Assembly: GCA_040398845.1 (NCBI GenBank)
Contig: JBBATH010000001.1
Location: 367,578-431,577, forward strand
Source: Candidatus Nanopelagicales bacterium
GTDB taxonomy: Bacteria > Actinomycetota > Actinomycetes > S36-B12
Direction of reading: 5' to 3'
Length of the DNA: 64,000 bases
Part shown: in pieces, positions 18,898 to 29,862 of the stretch
Position numbering within the stretch: the first letter of the stretch is position 1
Layout: each line of letters starts with the position of its first letter
Notes under the pieces: model-generated
Database searches by the model: none
Told to the model about the DNA's origin: nothing
The model's input: the letters and a program-made list of their open reading frames with translations, nothing else
Program-made: the position numbers and the translations under genes

Positions 18898-21800
18898 ATG
18901 ACGGTGGAGGATCAGTTCGTCCACCTGCATGTCCATACCGAGTACTCAATGCTCGACGGGGCAGCGCGGGTCCCCGACCTGCTGGCCCAGGTCGAACGGC
19001 TCAGTATGCCGGCGATCGCAATGACCGACCACGGCAATCTTTATGGCGCCTACGAGTTCTACAAGAAGGCGACCTCGCTCGGGATCAACCCGATCATCGG
19101 TCTTGAGGGCTATTACGCGCCACAGGGGCGCTTCGAGCGGCGTCCCTTCGACTTCGGTGGCGGGTTCGATGAAGGAACCCCTGAGGACCCGACCGCTGGT
19201 CGGGGCAAGCACGGGTACACCCACATGACCCTCTGGGCCGAGACCACCCCGGGCATGCACAACCTTTTTCGGCTCTCATCCCTTGCGAGCCTCGAGGGGT
19301 ACTACCACAAGCCGCGCTTCGATCGGGAGCTGCTCGAGCGTTATGGCAAGGGTCTCATTGGCACCACCGGATGCCCGAGCGGTGAGGTGAACCGTTGGCT
19401 ACAGGCCGGCAAGTATGACCGGGCGCTTGCGGCGGCTGCGGACTTCCGCGACATTCTCGGCTCGGACAACTACTTCTGCGAGCTCATGGACCATGGGCTC
19501 GGTATCGAGCGACGTTTCCGCGAGGATCTGCTGCGGATCGCTCGAACCTTGGATCTGCCGCTCGTCGCAACGAATGACCTCCACTACGTCCATGCAGATG
19601 ATGCCGCGGCCCACGATGTCCTACTGTGCATTGGCACGCGCACGACCATGGACGATCCGAAGCGCTTCAGATTCGATGCACGCGACTTCTACCTCAAGAC
19701 AGCCGCCGAGATGCGGAGCGTCTGGTCGGAGCTGCCCGAGGCATTGAGCAATACCCTGCGCATTGCTGAACGCTGCCACGTCGAATTCAACGAGGGCGCG
19801 AGCCTTATGCCGGTTTTCCCGGTGCCGGAGGGCGAGAGCGAGGAGTCCTGGCTGGTGAAGGAAGTGGAGATCGGTCTCCATCGACGCTATCAGGGCCAGA
19901 TTCCCGACGATGTCCGCAGACAGGCTGAGTACGAGGTCGGCGTCGTCATGCAGATGGGGTTCCCGGGCTACTTCCTCGTCGTTGCAGACCTCGTGCGCTA
20001 CGCAAAGGAGACCGGCATCCGGGTTGGACCGGGCCGAGGTTCTGCGGCGGGGGCGATGATCGCCTATGCCCTGGGAATAACCGAGCTCGATCCGATCAAG
20101 CACGGGCTGCTCTTCGAGCGATTCCTGAACCCCGAGCGCATCTCGATGCCCGACATTGATATCGACTTCGACGAGCGTCGGCGCTCGGACATGATCCGCT
20201 ACGCAACTGCAACCTACGGCGAGGAGCGGGTTGCACAGATCATCACCTACGGATCGATCAAGGCGAAGGCGGCGATCAAGGACAGTGCCCGGGTCCTTGG
20301 CTACCCTTACGCCCTCGGAGACCGCATCACCAAGGCGATGCCGCCGTCGGTCATGGGCAAGGACATTTCGCTCGCTGGCGTCTTCGACTCGAAGGACAGC
20401 CGGTACTCCGAGGCTGCCGAGTTTCGTAACCTCTACGAGGCCGATCCGGACACCCGCAAGATCGTCGACACCGCCCGCGGCCTCGAGGGACTGAAGCGGC
20501 AGCCCGGCGTCCATGCGGCCGGCGTCATCCTGTGCCGGGAGCCGCTCATCGATGTCATCCCAGTCTGGCGGCGCGAGCAGGATGGTGCGGTCATCACCCA
20601 GTTTGACATGGGGGCGTGCGAGGCGCTCGGCCTGCTCAAAATGGACTTCCTCGGACTGCGCAACCTCACGGTCCTCGACGACTGCCTGCGCAATATCTCT
20701 GCCAACCGGGGTGAGGTCATCGTGCTGGAGGAGCTCCCGCTGGAGGACCCAGCAACCTATGCGCTTCTCACCTCAGGTGACACCCTCGGCGTGTTCCAAC
20801 TCGATGGCGGCCCGATGCGCGCCCTCCTTCGATCAATGCAGCCCGATAACTTCGAGGACATCTCGGCGGTCCTCGCCCTCTACCGCCCCGGGCCGATGGG
20901 CGCGAACGCGCACAACGATTACGCGGATCGCAAGAATGGTCGAAAGCCGGTCGTTCCGATCCACCCTGAGCTAGAGGAGCCACTAGCCGAGATCCTCGGC
21001 GACACCTACGGCCTTATCGTGTATCAGGAGCAGGTCATGGCCATCGCCCAAAAGTTGGCGGGCTACTCGCTCGGCAACGCCGACCTGCTGCGCCGGGCCA
21101 TGGGCAAGAAGAAGAAGGAGATCCTCGAGAAGGAGTTCGTCCCCTTCAGCGAGGGAATGCGTGCCAATGGGTACAGCGAGGGGTCGATTACGACCCTGTG
21201 GGAGATTCTCGTTCCCTTTTCCGACTACGCATTCAACAAGGCCCATACGGCCGGCTATGGACTCGTTTCCTTTTGGACCGCCTACCTCAAGGCGAACTAC
21301 CCGGCCGAGTACATGGCGGGACTCCTCACCTCGGTGAAGGACGACAAGGACAAGTCCGCCGTCTACCTCAACGAGAGTCGGCGGATGGGGATCAAGGTGC
21401 TGCCCCCTGACGTGAACGACTCCGATTTTGACTTCACTCCGCGCGGCACCGATGTCCGGTTCGGACTGTCCGCCATCAGGAATGTCGGGGCGAACGTCGT
21501 CGATTCGATCATTGCGACCCGCCGCCGAATCGGACGATTCCAAGACTTCCAAGACTTCATCGCGAAGGTCGATGCCTCGGTCTGCAATAAGCGTGTTGTC
21601 GAGTCGCTCATCAAGGCGGGTGCCTTCGACTCCCTCGGGCACACTCGCAAGGGCCTCGTCCAGGTCCATGAGCATGTCGTTGACACCGCGGTTGAAATCA
21701 AGCGCTCGGAGGCGATCGGTCAGTTCGACCTGTTCGGTGGACTCGAAGGCGGCACAGAAAGCGGACTGCTCGCACCCCTTGAGGTGTCCCTTGGGGAGTG

Positions 21801-22434
21801 GGAGAAGTCCGTGCTCCTCGCACATGAGCGCGACATGCTCGGCCTGTACGTGTCAGATCACCCTCTTCAAGGGGCGGAGCACATCCTCGCCCAGTTGACC
21901 GAGCGCACCATTGCTTCGCTGTTTCTCGACGAGAAGATCGACGGAGCAATCGTGACCATCGGCGGTCTCATCACGACGGTTCAGCGCAAGACGACGAAGC
22001 AGGGATCGGCTTGGGCCATCATCACCCTCGAGGACCTCGAGGGCTCGGTCGAAATCATGGTGTTCCCGCAAATGTATACGCAGGTCAGCACGAGCCTCAT
22101 CGAGGATTCAGTCGTCATCGTCCGCGCGCGCGTGGACCGAGGCGATGACGAGGCCCTGCGCGTGATTGCGATGGAGATCACGGCTCCCGACCTCAGCGAG
22201 GCCACGTCCGGGCCGGTACGGATCTCCCTTCAGTCCACCCGCTGCATCCCACCGCTCGTCGACCGCCTGGCGCTGGTGTTGGCCGGCTATCCGGGGACCA
22301 CGGAGGTTCATCTCCACCTCACCGGGGGCGCGAATACCACCGTGCTGCGGCTTGACGACAGGTTGCGTGTCACACCCTCCCCATCGTTGTACGGCGATCT
22401 CAAGGCCCTGCTCGGACCGATGTGCCTGAGCTGA
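18898..22434 (+). CDS. dnaE: DNA polymerase III alpha subunit
   Basis: 1178 aa. PHP domain HLHVHTEYSMLDG, polymerase core including PDIDIDF, and a C-terminal OB region. Confidence 0.95.
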   Translation: MTVEDQFVHLHVHTEYSMLDGAARVPDLLAQVERLSMPAIAMTDHGNLYGAYEFYKKATSLGINPIIGLEGYYAPQGRFERRPFDFGGGFDEGTPEDPTAGRGKHGYTHMTLWAETTPGMHNLFRLSSLASLEGYYHKPRFDRELLERYGKGLIGTTGCPSGEVNRWLQAGKYDRALAAAADFRDILGSDNYFCELMDHGLGIERRFREDLLRIARTLDLPLVATNDLHYVHADDAAAHDVLLCIGTRTTMDDPKRFRFDARDFYLKTAAEMRSVWSELPEALSNTLRIAERCHVEFNEGASLMPVFPVPEGESEESWLVKEVEIGLHRRYQGQIPDDVRRQAEYEVGVVMQMGFPGYFLVVADLVRYAKETGIRVGPGRGSAAGAMIAYALGITELDPIKHGLLFERFLNPERISMPDIDIDFDERRRSDMIRYATATYGEERVAQIITYGSIKAKAAIKDSARVLGYPYALGDRITKAMPPSVMGKDISLAGVFDSKDSRYSEAAEFRNLYEADPDTRKIVDTARGLEGLKRQPGVHAAGVILCREPLIDVIPVWRREQDGAVITQFDMGACEALGLLKMDFLGLRNLTVLDDCLRNISANRGEVIVLEELPLEDPATYALLTSGDTLGVFQLDGGPMRALLRSMQPDNFEDISAVLALYRPGPMGANAHNDYADRKNGRKPVVPIHPELEEPLAEILGDTYGLIVYQEQVMAIAQKLAGYSLGNADLLRRAMGKKKKEILEKEFVPFSEGMRANGYSEGSITTLWEILVPFSDYAFNKAHTAGYGLVSFWTAYLKANYPAEYMAGLLTSVKDDKDKSAVYLNESRRMGIKVLPPDVNDSDFDFTPRGTDVRFGLSAIRNVGANVVDSIIATRRRIGRFQDFQDFIAKVDASVCNKRVVESLIKAGAFDSLGHTRKGLVQVHEHVVDTAVEIKRSEAIGQFDLFGGLEGGTESGLLAPLEVSLGEWEKSVLLAHERDMLGLYVSDHPLQGAEHILAQLTERTIASLFLDEKIDGAIVTIGGLITTVQRKTTKQGSAWAIITLEDLEGSVEIMVFPQMYTQVSTSLIEDSVVIVRARVDRGDDEALRVIAMEITAPDLSEATSGPVRISLQSTRCIPPLVDRLALVLAGYPGTTEVHLHLTGGANTTVLRLDDRLRVTPSPSLYGDLKALLGPMCLS

Positions 22435-22469
22435 TGAAAGGCGAATGCTGACGTGTCGGACATAAGAAC

Positions 22470-22982
22470 GTGACTTTCCTGCGACGTACGACCTCGGTAC
22501 TCACGGCCGGGATCGTCATTGGTCTGGTGGCCGGGGCAGCACTGGGGGTGGTGTGGTGGCAGCTCGCGCCACGGGTATCCATGGTCGTTCGACCGGACAC
22601 CGCTTTCCCCGAAAATTACCAGCCGGACGGGTACATCGCGGCAGATGTTTCCTTTGCTGCACTCGCCTGTCTCGCAGGTGTGGCGGTCACGATCGGCTTG
22701 ATGAACATGCGGCGGGAGCATCTGCTGTCGTCTTTGTGGGCGGCACTGATTTCAGGCGCCATCGGATCGGCCCTCATGTGGGCTGTGGGGAGCAGGCTTG
22801 GATCAGTCGACATCGCCGGGTTGAGCGCGACGATCGACGACAAGGTTGTCGTCGACGCACCGCTCACCCTCATGATGCCGGCGATCTTGCTTGTCTGGCC
22901 GGCCACTGCCGCCCTAGTGGTGACCGTCGTGGCGTTCGCCGACTGGTGGGCTGAGTTCAGGCGAAGTCAGCGCGAGCGATAG
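22470..22982 (+). CDS. Hypothetical integral membrane protein (about 4 TM)
   Basis: Hydrophobic segments VLTAGIVIGLVAGAALGVVWW, FAALACLAGVAVTIGL, LWAALISGAIGSALMWAV and ILLVWPATAALVVTVVAF. I did not recognise a family. Confidence 0.5.
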   Translation: MTFLRRTTSVLTAGIVIGLVAGAALGVVWWQLAPRVSMVVRPDTAFPENYQPDGYIAADVSFAALACLAGVAVTIGLMNMRREHLLSSLWAALISGAIGSALMWAVGSRLGSVDIAGLSATIDDKVVVDAPLTLMMPAILLVWPATAALVVTVVAFADWWAEFRRSQRER

Positions 22983-23448
22983 CCGCGATCTGCGCCTGTG
23001 TCACCTGGACAAGGTCACTGGGCGCCAGACCGATGTCGAGTCCGCGTCGGCCGCCGGAGACGTAAATGACGTCGTGGAGCCACGCCTGCTCGTCAATGAT
23101 GGTGCGGAGTGGACGCTTTTGGCCGATTGGGCTGATACCCCCGACAACGTAGCCCGTCATTCGCTGGGCCCTGGCGGGATCGGCGAGGTCGGTTCGTCGG
23201 CCACCACAGGCCGTGGCAAAGGCCTTCATGTCGAGAAGTCCGCTGACCGGAAGCACCGCGACCGCCGGCGCATCATCGACGATAACCACGAGGGTCTTGA
23301 ACACCACATCGGTGCTGAGTCCCAGCCTACGAGCCGCCTCATCGCCAAATGATCGCTCGTCCGGGTCATGGTCGTACGGGTGCATCGTGAACGCGATCCC
23401 GAGCCGGGTGAGCTCACGTGTTGCGGGAGTTGCCGCCGATCCGGTCAC
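22957..23448 (-). CDS. ybaK: Cys-tRNA(Pro)/Cys-tRNA(Cys) deacylase YbaK
   Basis: Near-colinear resemblance to E. coli YbaK: HPYDHDP, FGDEAARRLGL, FKTLVV, TGYVVGGISPIGQK, IYVSGGRRGLDI. Confidence 0.8.
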   Translation of the reverse strand: MTGSAATPATRELTRLGIAFTMHPYDHDPDERSFGDEAARRLGLSTDVVFKTLVVIVDDAPAVAVLPVSGLLDMKAFATACGGRRTDLADPARAQRMTGYVVGGISPIGQKRPLRTIIDEQAWLHDVIYVSGGRRGLDIGLAPSDLVQVTQAQIAAIARADFA

Positions 23449-23457
23449 CGTTATCGA

Positions 23458-24144
23458 CTAATTGGGGCAAAAGCCGGGGCTCGCGACTTCGAGGGCTGGC
23501 AGGCACGACAGCATGGTGATAAGGCCGGTCTCCCTGACAAGCAGGTTCCGGGCCTCGATGAGGCGCGCACGACTGTCGAGGGCCGCGAGGAGTCGCTGGC
23601 GTTCGGCGACCGGCAGGACCATCGAGGCGGTGACGAGATAGGCGAGATCCGCCTGATCATCCGGCGCCGCCGGGTGAAGGATCTCCTCGCCAAACATTTG
23701 CTGGCCGAGCAGGGCCCGGTACTGCGAGAAGAGCCGGCGAACCTGCGCCACCAGCGCGGGTGCCAGGTCGCATTCCGGCTCGTCGAGGAAGTCAACCTCG
23801 CCTTCCATGAACGTGGCGGTCGGGTCGCCGGACGGAAGACTGATCGATCGCAGGCGAAATCGCCGGTGTCCCGTCGTCACGATGTCGAATCGGCCGTCCT
23901 CGTACTCCTGGGCTCCTCGCAGGATGGCGGTCGTGCCAATCTCGACAAGTGCGGATAAGCCGCCGGTCTCAATCTGTTGGCCATCGCGTATCGCGATGAT
24001 TCCGAACTCACGGTCGGATTCCTCTGGTCGAGCGAGGAGTTCCTCGATCATCCGGCGGTAGCGGGGCTCGAAGATGTGCAGCGGCAGGACGAGCCCCGGA
24101 ACGAGGGCCGCGTTGAGCGGGAACAGGGGAAGCGACGAGGGCAC
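23458..24144 (-). CDS. Stand-alone LON substrate-binding (Lon N-terminal/PUA-like) domain protein
   Basis: Motif [32 protein letters not shown] 24144 has a TACGCT hexamer 6 nt upstream. The ORF-track start at 24225 would overlap hisD. Confidence 0.7.
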   Translation of the reverse strand: MPSSLPLFPLNAALVPGLVLPLHIFEPRYRRMIEELLARPEESDREFGIIAIRDGQQIETGGLSALVEIGTTAILRGAQEYEDGRFDIVTTGHRRFRLRSISLPSGDPTATFMEGEVDFLDEPECDLAPALVAQVRRLFSQYRALLGQQMFGEEILHPAAPDDQADLAYLVTASMVLPVAERQRLLAALDSRARLIEARNLLVRETGLITMLSCLPALEVASPGFCPN

Positions 24145-24150
24145 GGGTGC

Positions 24151-24156
24151 AGCGTA
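24151..24156 (-). promoter_or_regulatory. Candidate -10 hexamer TACGCT (minus strand) 6 nt before GTG 24144 of the Lon-N gene
   Basis: Plus-strand AGCGTA. It shares 2 bp with the hisD candidate -10. Confidence 0.3.
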
Positions 24157-24160
24157 AACT
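24155..24160 (+). promoter_or_regulatory. Candidate -10 hexamer TAAACT 7 nt before GTG 24168 of hisD (leaderless architecture)
   Basis: The sequence is gcgTAAACTgctgagcGTG, with no SD. Confidence 0.3.
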
Positions 24161-24167
24161 GCTGAGC

Positions 24168-25487
24168 GTGATCCGGCGCATCGACCTTCGGGGGTCGGCA
24201 ATCGACCCTCGCTCCGTACTCCCACGTTCCGTCATGGATGTCGCAGATGCCGCGGAGCACGTGAAGCCGATTATCGCCGACGTACGCGTCGAGGGTGCCG
24301 CAGCGATCAAGCGTTGGAGTATTGCGCTCGACGGGATTGCGCCACCCTCCCTGCGAGTCCCGGCCGAGCGTCTCGAGCGAGCGGAACGGGATCTCGATCC
24401 GGCGGTGCGGGCGGCTCTCCTTGAGGCCATCAGGCGCGCGCGCCTCGTCCACCTTGATCAGCGGCGCTTCGACGTGACAACCGTCGTGGCGACCGGGGGC
24501 ACGGTGACTGAGCGATGGATCCCGGTCGAGCGGGTCGGGCTTTACGTGCCCGGCGGGCGTGCGGTGTACCCGAGCAGTGTCGTGATGAACGTTGTGCCGG
24601 CTCAGGTTGCGGGCGTCGGGTCATTGGCGGTGGTGTCACCGCCCCAGAAGGATTTCGATGGCTGGCCCCATCCCACCGTCCTCGCGGCCTGTTCGCTGCT
24701 TGGGGTCGAAGAGGTGTACGCGGTGGGCGGGGCTCAGGCGGTGGCGATGCTCGCCTACGGCGTTGACCTGCCTGATGGAAGCGAATGTCGGGCGGTCGAC
24801 CTCGTGACCGGTCCGGGGAACATCTACGTCACCGCAGCCAAGCGTGCCCTTCAGGGTGTCATCGGCATTGACAGTGAGGCAGGCCCGACCGAGATCGCCG
24901 TCCTCGCTGATGAGCACGCCATCGCCAGTCACGTTGCGGCAGATCTCATCAGCCAAGCGGAGCATGATGTTCTCGCAGCGGCGCTGCTCGTCACTGACTC
25001 GGTGGCACTCGCCGATGCCGTCGATGCCGAGGTGACCTTGCAGGTCGCCCGGACACGACACCGTGAACGCATCACCGAGGCGCTGGGCGGGGCGCAGAGC
25101 GCAGTGGTGCTGGTCGATGATCTGGAGGCAGGGTTGCGCGTCATTGATGCCTATGCGGCTGAGCACCTTGAGATTCACACCGTGAATGCCCGCGATGTGG
25201 CGATGCGCGTACGTAATGCTGGGGCGATCTTCGTTGGTACGTGGTCTCCGGTGTCGCTCGGCGATTACTGCGCCGGCTCCAACCATGTCTTGCCCACCGC
25301 CGGTTCGGCCCGGTACTCGTCTGGGCTGTCGGTCCAGTCCTTCCTCCGCGGACTTCACCTCATAGACTATGACGAGCAGGCGCTCGCCGAGGTTGCGACG
25401 CACGTGGTCGCGCTCGCCGAGGCGGAGGACCTCCCCGGTCACGGTGATGCCATCAAGGTCCGTGCTCGCAGCGGCCTCGACGCGTGA
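24168..25487 (+). CDS. hisD: Histidinol dehydrogenase
   Basis: Motifs [18 protein letters not shown] and [16 protein letters not shown] 24168 gives MIRRIDLRG, the typical N-terminus. The ORF-track start is 24147. Confidence 0.95.
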   Translation: MIRRIDLRGSAIDPRSVLPRSVMDVADAAEHVKPIIADVRVEGAAAIKRWSIALDGIAPPSLRVPAERLERAERDLDPAVRAALLEAIRRARLVHLDQRRFDVTTVVATGGTVTERWIPVERVGLYVPGGRAVYPSSVVMNVVPAQVAGVGSLAVVSPPQKDFDGWPHPTVLAACSLLGVEEVYAVGGAQAVAMLAYGVDLPDGSECRAVDLVTGPGNIYVTAAKRALQGVIGIDSEAGPTEIAVLADEHAIASHVAADLISQAEHDVLAAALLVTDSVALADAVDAEVTLQVARTRHRERITEALGGAQSAVVLVDDLEAGLRVIDAYAAEHLEIHTVNARDVAMRVRNAGAIFVGTWSPVSLGDYCAGSNHVLPTAGSARYSSGLSVQSFLRGLHLIDYDEQALAEVATHVVALAEAEDLPGHGDAIKVRARSGLDA

Positions 25488-26650
25488 TCGGCGAACCCTT
25501 AGATCAGAGGTCATTCGTCCTCCCGATCCGACCTGATCTCGTGGGCGTTCGGTCCTACGGTGCGCCTCAACTCGATGTGGCGGCGCGGCTCAACGTCAAT
25601 GAGAACCCGTTCCCGCTGCCCAGTGATCTTGTTGATGCCATCACCGCTTCAGTGCGAGGAGTGGTGTCAGGACTGAACCGCTATCCGGACCGCGACGCCA
25701 CAGCGCTCAGGCAAGCTCTGGCCGACTATGTCGGCACTCAATCCTCGGCCCACGTAGGGGTCGACCAGATATGGGCCGCGAACGGTTCGAACGAGGTGAT
25801 GCACCACCTGTTCCTCGCCTTTGGGGGCCCGGGTCGCTCGGCGCTCACCTTCACTCCGACTTACTCCATGTACCCCGAGTATGCGCGTGACACCTTCACC
25901 GGATTCACCGCCATTCCTAGGAATGCCGCGTTCGGCGTCGATCTAGAGACGGCGCTGCCCGCCATCCGTGAACTGCGGCCCAGCCTCGTGCTCCTCTCGT
26001 CACCGAACAACCCCTCAGGGACTGCGCTCCCTCAGGAGGATCTCCGCGTGATCGCTGAGGTCGCCCTCGAGCAGGGTGCGATGGTCATCGTCGACGAGGC
26101 CTATTCCGAGTTCCGGCGTCATGGCACGGCGTCGGCCCTTGAACTCCTTGGGCGCTATCCGAACGTCGTCGTGACCCGAACCATGAGCAAGGCCTTCGGA
26201 CTTGCGGGAGCCAGGCTCGGCTATGCGGTCGCGGCCGACCCGTCGGTCATTGACGTGCTGAGCGTTGTCCGACTGCCGTACCATCTTTCCGCGGTTACTC
26301 AGGCGGTGGCACTCGCGGCCCTTGAGCACTCCGCGGCACTCCTGTCGCAAGTGGCCATTCTTCGCGATGAGCGCGACCAACTACTGGGCTGGCTGGTGGA
26401 CCACGGCTTCGTTGTTGCGCAGAGCGATGCCAACTTCATCATGTTCAGTGGGTTCGATGATCGCGACAACGTATGGCGGGCACTTCTTGATCAGGGCGTC
26501 CTCATCCGGGTGCCGGAGCCGGCCGGCTGGCTGCGAGTGAGCATCGGCACGCCGGACGAGAACGACCTTTTCAGACGCGCGCTCCTCGTTGCTACCCACG
26601 GGAAGTCCGCTACCGAACAGAACACGGCGAATCAGGAAGGCACCCCATGA
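25484..26650 (+). CDS. hisC: Histidinol-phosphate aminotransferase
   Basis: Motif LNVNENPFP and PLP-lysine motif [15 protein letters not shown]. 4-nt overlap with hisD. Confidence 0.9.
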   Translation: MIGEPLDQRSFVLPIRPDLVGVRSYGAPQLDVAARLNVNENPFPLPSDLVDAITASVRGVVSGLNRYPDRDATALRQALADYVGTQSSAHVGVDQIWAANGSNEVMHHLFLAFGGPGRSALTFTPTYSMYPEYARDTFTGFTAIPRNAAFGVDLETALPAIRELRPSLVLLSSPNNPSGTALPQEDLRVIAEVALEQGAMVIVDEAYSEFRRHGTASALELLGRYPNVVVTRTMSKAFGLAGARLGYAVAADPSVIDVLSVVRLPYHLSAVTQAVALAALEHSAALLSQVAILRDERDQLLGWLVDHGFVVAQSDANFIMFSGFDDRDNVWRALLDQGVLIRVPEPAGWLRVSIGTPDENDLFRRALLVATHGKSATEQNTANQEGTP

Positions 26651-27243
26651 ACCGCACCGCCCGCGTCGAGCGATCGACGAAGGAGAGTCAGGTCCTCGTC
26701 GAGGTCGATCTTGACGGATCTGGAACCAGCGAAATCGAGACCGGCGTGCCGTTCTTTGACCACATGCTGGCCCAACTAGCGAAGCACGGTGGCCTCGACC
26801 TCATTGTTCGGACGATCGGTGATCTCGCCGTCGATGCGCACCATACGGTCGAGGACACCTCGCTAGCGCTTGGGCAGGCGATCAACGAGGCGCTCGGTGA
26901 TCGATCAGGGCTGCGCCGGTTCGGCGATGCCCTCGTGCCCCTTGACGAGTGCCTCGTGCAGTCGGCCGTTGACTTGTCGGGGCGGCCGTACCTCGTCCAC
27001 GAGGAACCACAGATCGTCGAGCTCATCGGCTCCTACGACACGACGCTCACGCGTCACATCTGGGAGTCGATCGTGGCAACAGCCCACATCACCCTGCACG
27101 TTCGCGTCATCTCCGGTCGCAACGCCCACCACGTCGTTGAGGCGCAGTTCAAGTCGGTCGCGCGATCGCTCCGTGATGCCGTGACCCGCGATCCCCGCGT
27201 CGTCGGAGTGCCGTCGACAAAGGGGACCCTCACCGGCGCGTGA
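26647..27243 (+). CDS. hisB: Imidazoleglycerol-phosphate dehydratase
   Basis: Motifs [18 protein letters not shown] and [14 protein letters not shown]. Confidence 0.95.
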   Translation: MNRTARVERSTKESQVLVEVDLDGSGTSEIETGVPFFDHMLAQLAKHGGLDLIVRTIGDLAVDAHHTVEDTSLALGQAINEALGDRSGLRRFGDALVPLDECLVQSAVDLSGRPYLVHEEPQIVELIGSYDTTLTRHIWESIVATAHITLHVRVISGRNAHHVVEAQFKSVARSLRDAVTRDPRVVGVPSTKGTLTGA

Positions 27244-27878
27244 GCAGAGTGGAGGTCCTGATCCTCGACTATGGATCAGGCAACTTGCGATCGGCACAGC
27301 GCGCGCTCGAGCAGGTGGGGGCGATCGTCTCGGTGTCGAGCGACTTCGATGAGGCGATGAAGGCCCAGGCGCTCGTTCTTCCTGGGGTCGGTGCCTTCGA
27401 GGCTTGCATGGCTGGCATCAGGAGCATCCGGGGCGACGTCATCATTGATCGCCGGCTCGCCGGTGGGCTCCCTGTCCTCGGCATCTGCGTTGGTATGCAG
27501 GTGCTATTCGAACGGGGGGTGGAGCATGGGACCGAATGCGAGGGCTTGGGTGAATGGCCGGGAGTGGTCGAGCCACTCGACGCCCCGATCCTGCCGCACA
27601 TGGGCTGGAACACCATCTCGGTACCGAGCGGGTCACGCATCCTCGCGGGGCTGGAGGGGGAGCGCTTCTACTTCGTGCACTCCTACGCAGTGACGAGATG
27701 GGAACTCACCGACAACGATCCCAGTCGCAGGGCGCCCATGGTGAGCTGGGCCAACCACGGGGTCGACTTTGTCGCCGCGGTCGAGAACGGGCCGCTCGTG
27801 GCCACCCAGTTCCACCCGGAGAAATCAGGCGATGCCGGGCTGTCGCTTCTCGAGGCCTGGCTCGGCACCCTTGGGTAG
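27240..27878 (+). CDS. hisH: Imidazole glycerol phosphate synthase, glutaminase subunit HisH
   Basis: Motifs PGVGAF, GICVGMQ (catalytic Cys) and QFHPEKS. Confidence 0.95.
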   Translation: MSRVEVLILDYGSGNLRSAQRALEQVGAIVSVSSDFDEAMKAQALVLPGVGAFEACMAGIRSIRGDVIIDRRLAGGLPVLGICVGMQVLFERGVEHGTECEGLGEWPGVVEPLDAPILPHMGWNTISVPSGSRILAGLEGERFYFVHSYAVTRWELTDNDPSRRAPMVSWANHGVDFVAAVENGPLVATQFHPEKSGDAGLSLLEAWLGTLG

Positions 27879-27893
27879 CGGTTCGCCGTAACG

Positions 27894-27899
27894 TAGGGT
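27894..27899 (+). promoter_or_regulatory. Candidate internal -10 hexamer TAGGGT 7 nt before the hisA GTG (leaderless architecture)
   Basis: The sequence is acgTAGGGTttcggctGTG, in the 28-nt hisH-hisA gap, with no SD. Confidence 0.3.
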
Positions 27900-27906
27900 T
27901 TCGGCT

Positions 27907-28683
27907 GTGTCCACCGCCGAGAGACTCATCCTCCTGCCAGCTGTAGACGTCGCAGCTGGCCAAGCCGTCCGCCTCGTACAGGGCCGGGCTGGGAGTGAGA
28001 CCGAGTATGGATCACCGATTGAGGCGGCTCGGGCATGGGTGGACCAGGGTGCTGAATGGATCCATCTGGTAGACCTCGATGCTGCGTTCGGGCGTGGGAG
28101 CAATGCTGAGCTCCTGGCCCAGGTGGTCACGGAGATCAAGGGACAAGTGAAGGTCGAGCTCTCCGGCGGGATCCGCGACGATGCTTCGTTGGCGTCAGCG
28201 CTTGAGACCGGCTGCACGCGCGTCAACCTCGGTACTGCCGCACTAGAGAACCCCGACTGGACCGAGCAGGTCATCCGAGCCCATGGCGAGCAGATCGCCG
28301 TCGGTCTCGATGTGCGGGGTCATACGTTGGCGGCCCGAGGATGGACTCAGGAGGGCGGTGACCTTTGGGAGACCCTCGCTCGGCTCGATGCGGCTGGCTG
28401 CTCCCGCTACGTCGTCACCGACGTTGCCAAGGATGGGACGATGCGCGGACCGAACTTAGAACTCCTCAGCGAGGTCTGCGCTGCCACGAGCCGGCCGGTC
28501 ATTGCGTCCGGCGGTATCGCTCGACTCGATGATCTGCACAGGCTCGCCGGGATGGTCCACCTCGGTGTCGAGGGCGCGATCGTCGGCCGGGCACTGTATG
28601 ACGGTGCCTTCACCCTGTCCGAGGCGATCACAGCGGTCAGTCCGCGGATTGATCCCGACGAGTCGGGTCCGCCCCGACCGTGA
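27907..28683 (+). CDS. hisA: ProFAR isomerase HisA; probably the bifunctional HisA/TrpF (actinobacterial PriA-type) isomerase
   Basis: (beta/alpha)8 isomerase motifs LLPAVDV, LSGGIRD and ASGGI. Bifunctionality is inferred from the his-trp fusion and the absence of trpF in this cluster. Confidence 0.9.
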   Translation: MSTAERLILLPAVDVAAGQAVRLVQGRAGSETEYGSPIEAARAWVDQGAEWIHLVDLDAAFGRGSNAELLAQVVTEIKGQVKVELSGGIRDDASLASALETGCTRVNLGTAALENPDWTEQVIRAHGEQIAVGLDVRGHTLAARGWTQEGGDLWETLARLDAAGCSRYVVTDVAKDGTMRGPNLELLSEVCAATSRPVIASGGIARLDDLHRLAGMVHLGVEGAIVGRALYDGAFTLSEAITAVSPRIDPDESGPPRP

Positions 28684-29507
28684 CGGTCGCCATCCGCGTG
28701 ATCCCATGTCTCGATGTCGATGACGGTCGCGTCGTCAAGGGGGTAAACTTCACCGACCTTAGGGACGCAGGTGACCCTGTCGAACTCGCTGCCCGGTACG
28801 ACCGAGAGGGAGCCGACGAGCTTGTCTTCCTTGATATCACCGCTTCGAGTTCAGATCGCTCGACGATGCTTGATGTCGTTCGGCGGACCGCGGAGTCAGT
28901 CTTCATTCCGCTCACCGTCGGAGGGGGAGTGCGCGCGGTCGAGGATTTCGACCTGCTGCTGCGCGCCGGAGCAGACAAGGTGAGCCTCAACACTGCTGCC
29001 CTGGCCAACCCTGACCTACTGAACTCGGCGGCCCAGCGGTTCGGCTCGCAGTGCATCGTGCTGTCGATCGACGCACGTCGGTGTCCAAAGGGCGTCCGAA
29101 CTGCCAGCGGATTCGAGGTGACGACTCACGGCGGACGTAAGGGGACGGGCGTTGACGTAGTCGAGTGGGCGGCCGAGGGCACGAGGCGCGGGGCCGGGGA
29201 AATCCTGCTCAACTCAATGGACGCAGACGGCACCAAGGCTGGCTACGACCTGCCACTCATTCAGGTGGTGAGGGAGAGGGTGACGGTGCCGCTCATCGCG
29301 AGCGGCGGCGCCGGCAGCATCGCAGACTTCGTGCCCGCGGTCCTCGCCGGTGCCGATGCGGTGCTGGCAGCGAGTGTCTTCCACTTTGGTGAGCTGACCG
29401 TCGACGAAGTGAAGTCCTCGCTCGCCGCGGCAGGCCTGTCCGTCCGGGCCCACATGCACGGCCGGAAGCCTTCGGGTTCGGATACTCCTCGACGAGGGGC
29501 AGAATAG
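28680..29507 (+). CDS. hisF: Imidazole glycerol phosphate synthase, cyclase subunit HisF
   Basis: Motifs [15 protein letters not shown] and IASGGAG. About 20-aa C-terminal tail. Confidence 0.95.
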   Translation: MTVAIRVIPCLDVDDGRVVKGVNFTDLRDAGDPVELAARYDREGADELVFLDITASSSDRSTMLDVVRRTAESVFIPLTVGGGVRAVEDFDLLLRAGADKVSLNTAALANPDLLNSAAQRFGSQCIVLSIDARRCPKGVRTASGFEVTTHGGRKGTGVDVVEWAAEGTRRGAGEILLNSMDADGTKAGYDLPLIQVVRERVTVPLIASGGAGSIADFVPAVLAGADAVLAASVFHFGELTVDEVKSSLAAAGLSVRAHMHGRKPSGSDTPRRGAE

Positions 29508-29511
29508 GCGC

Positions 29512-29862
29512 ATGTCTACGCTCGCTGAGCTCCTCGAGAGCGTCCGGTTCAATGACGACGGACTCGTCCCGGTCATCGCCCAGCAGTGGGACTCCCGCGA
29601 GGTGCTCATGATGGCCTGGATGGACCTCCCCGCTCTTGAGCGCACGCTTGCGACGGGTGAGGCCACCTACTTCTCGCGCAGCCGAGGCCAGCAGTGGGTA
29701 AAGGGCGCAACTTCCGGGCACCGGCAGCAGGTGCGGACCGTTATGGCCGACTGCGACGGTGACACGCTCCTCATCCTCGTCGACCAGCTTGGCTCCGCCT
29801 GTCACACGGGGGACCGCACCTGCTTTGACGCGATCACCGTCGACCTTGAAGGCGACCGGTGA
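29512..29862 (+). CDS. hisI: Phosphoribosyl-AMP cyclohydrolase
   Basis: 116 aa. LVPVIAQ near the N-terminus and CHTGDRTCF near the C-terminus. Confidence 0.9.
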   Translation: MSTLAELLESVRFNDDGLVPVIAQQWDSREVLMMAWMDLPALERTLATGEATYFSRSRGQQWVKGATSGHRQQVRTVMADCDGDTLLILVDQLGSACHTGDRTCFDAITVDLEGDR

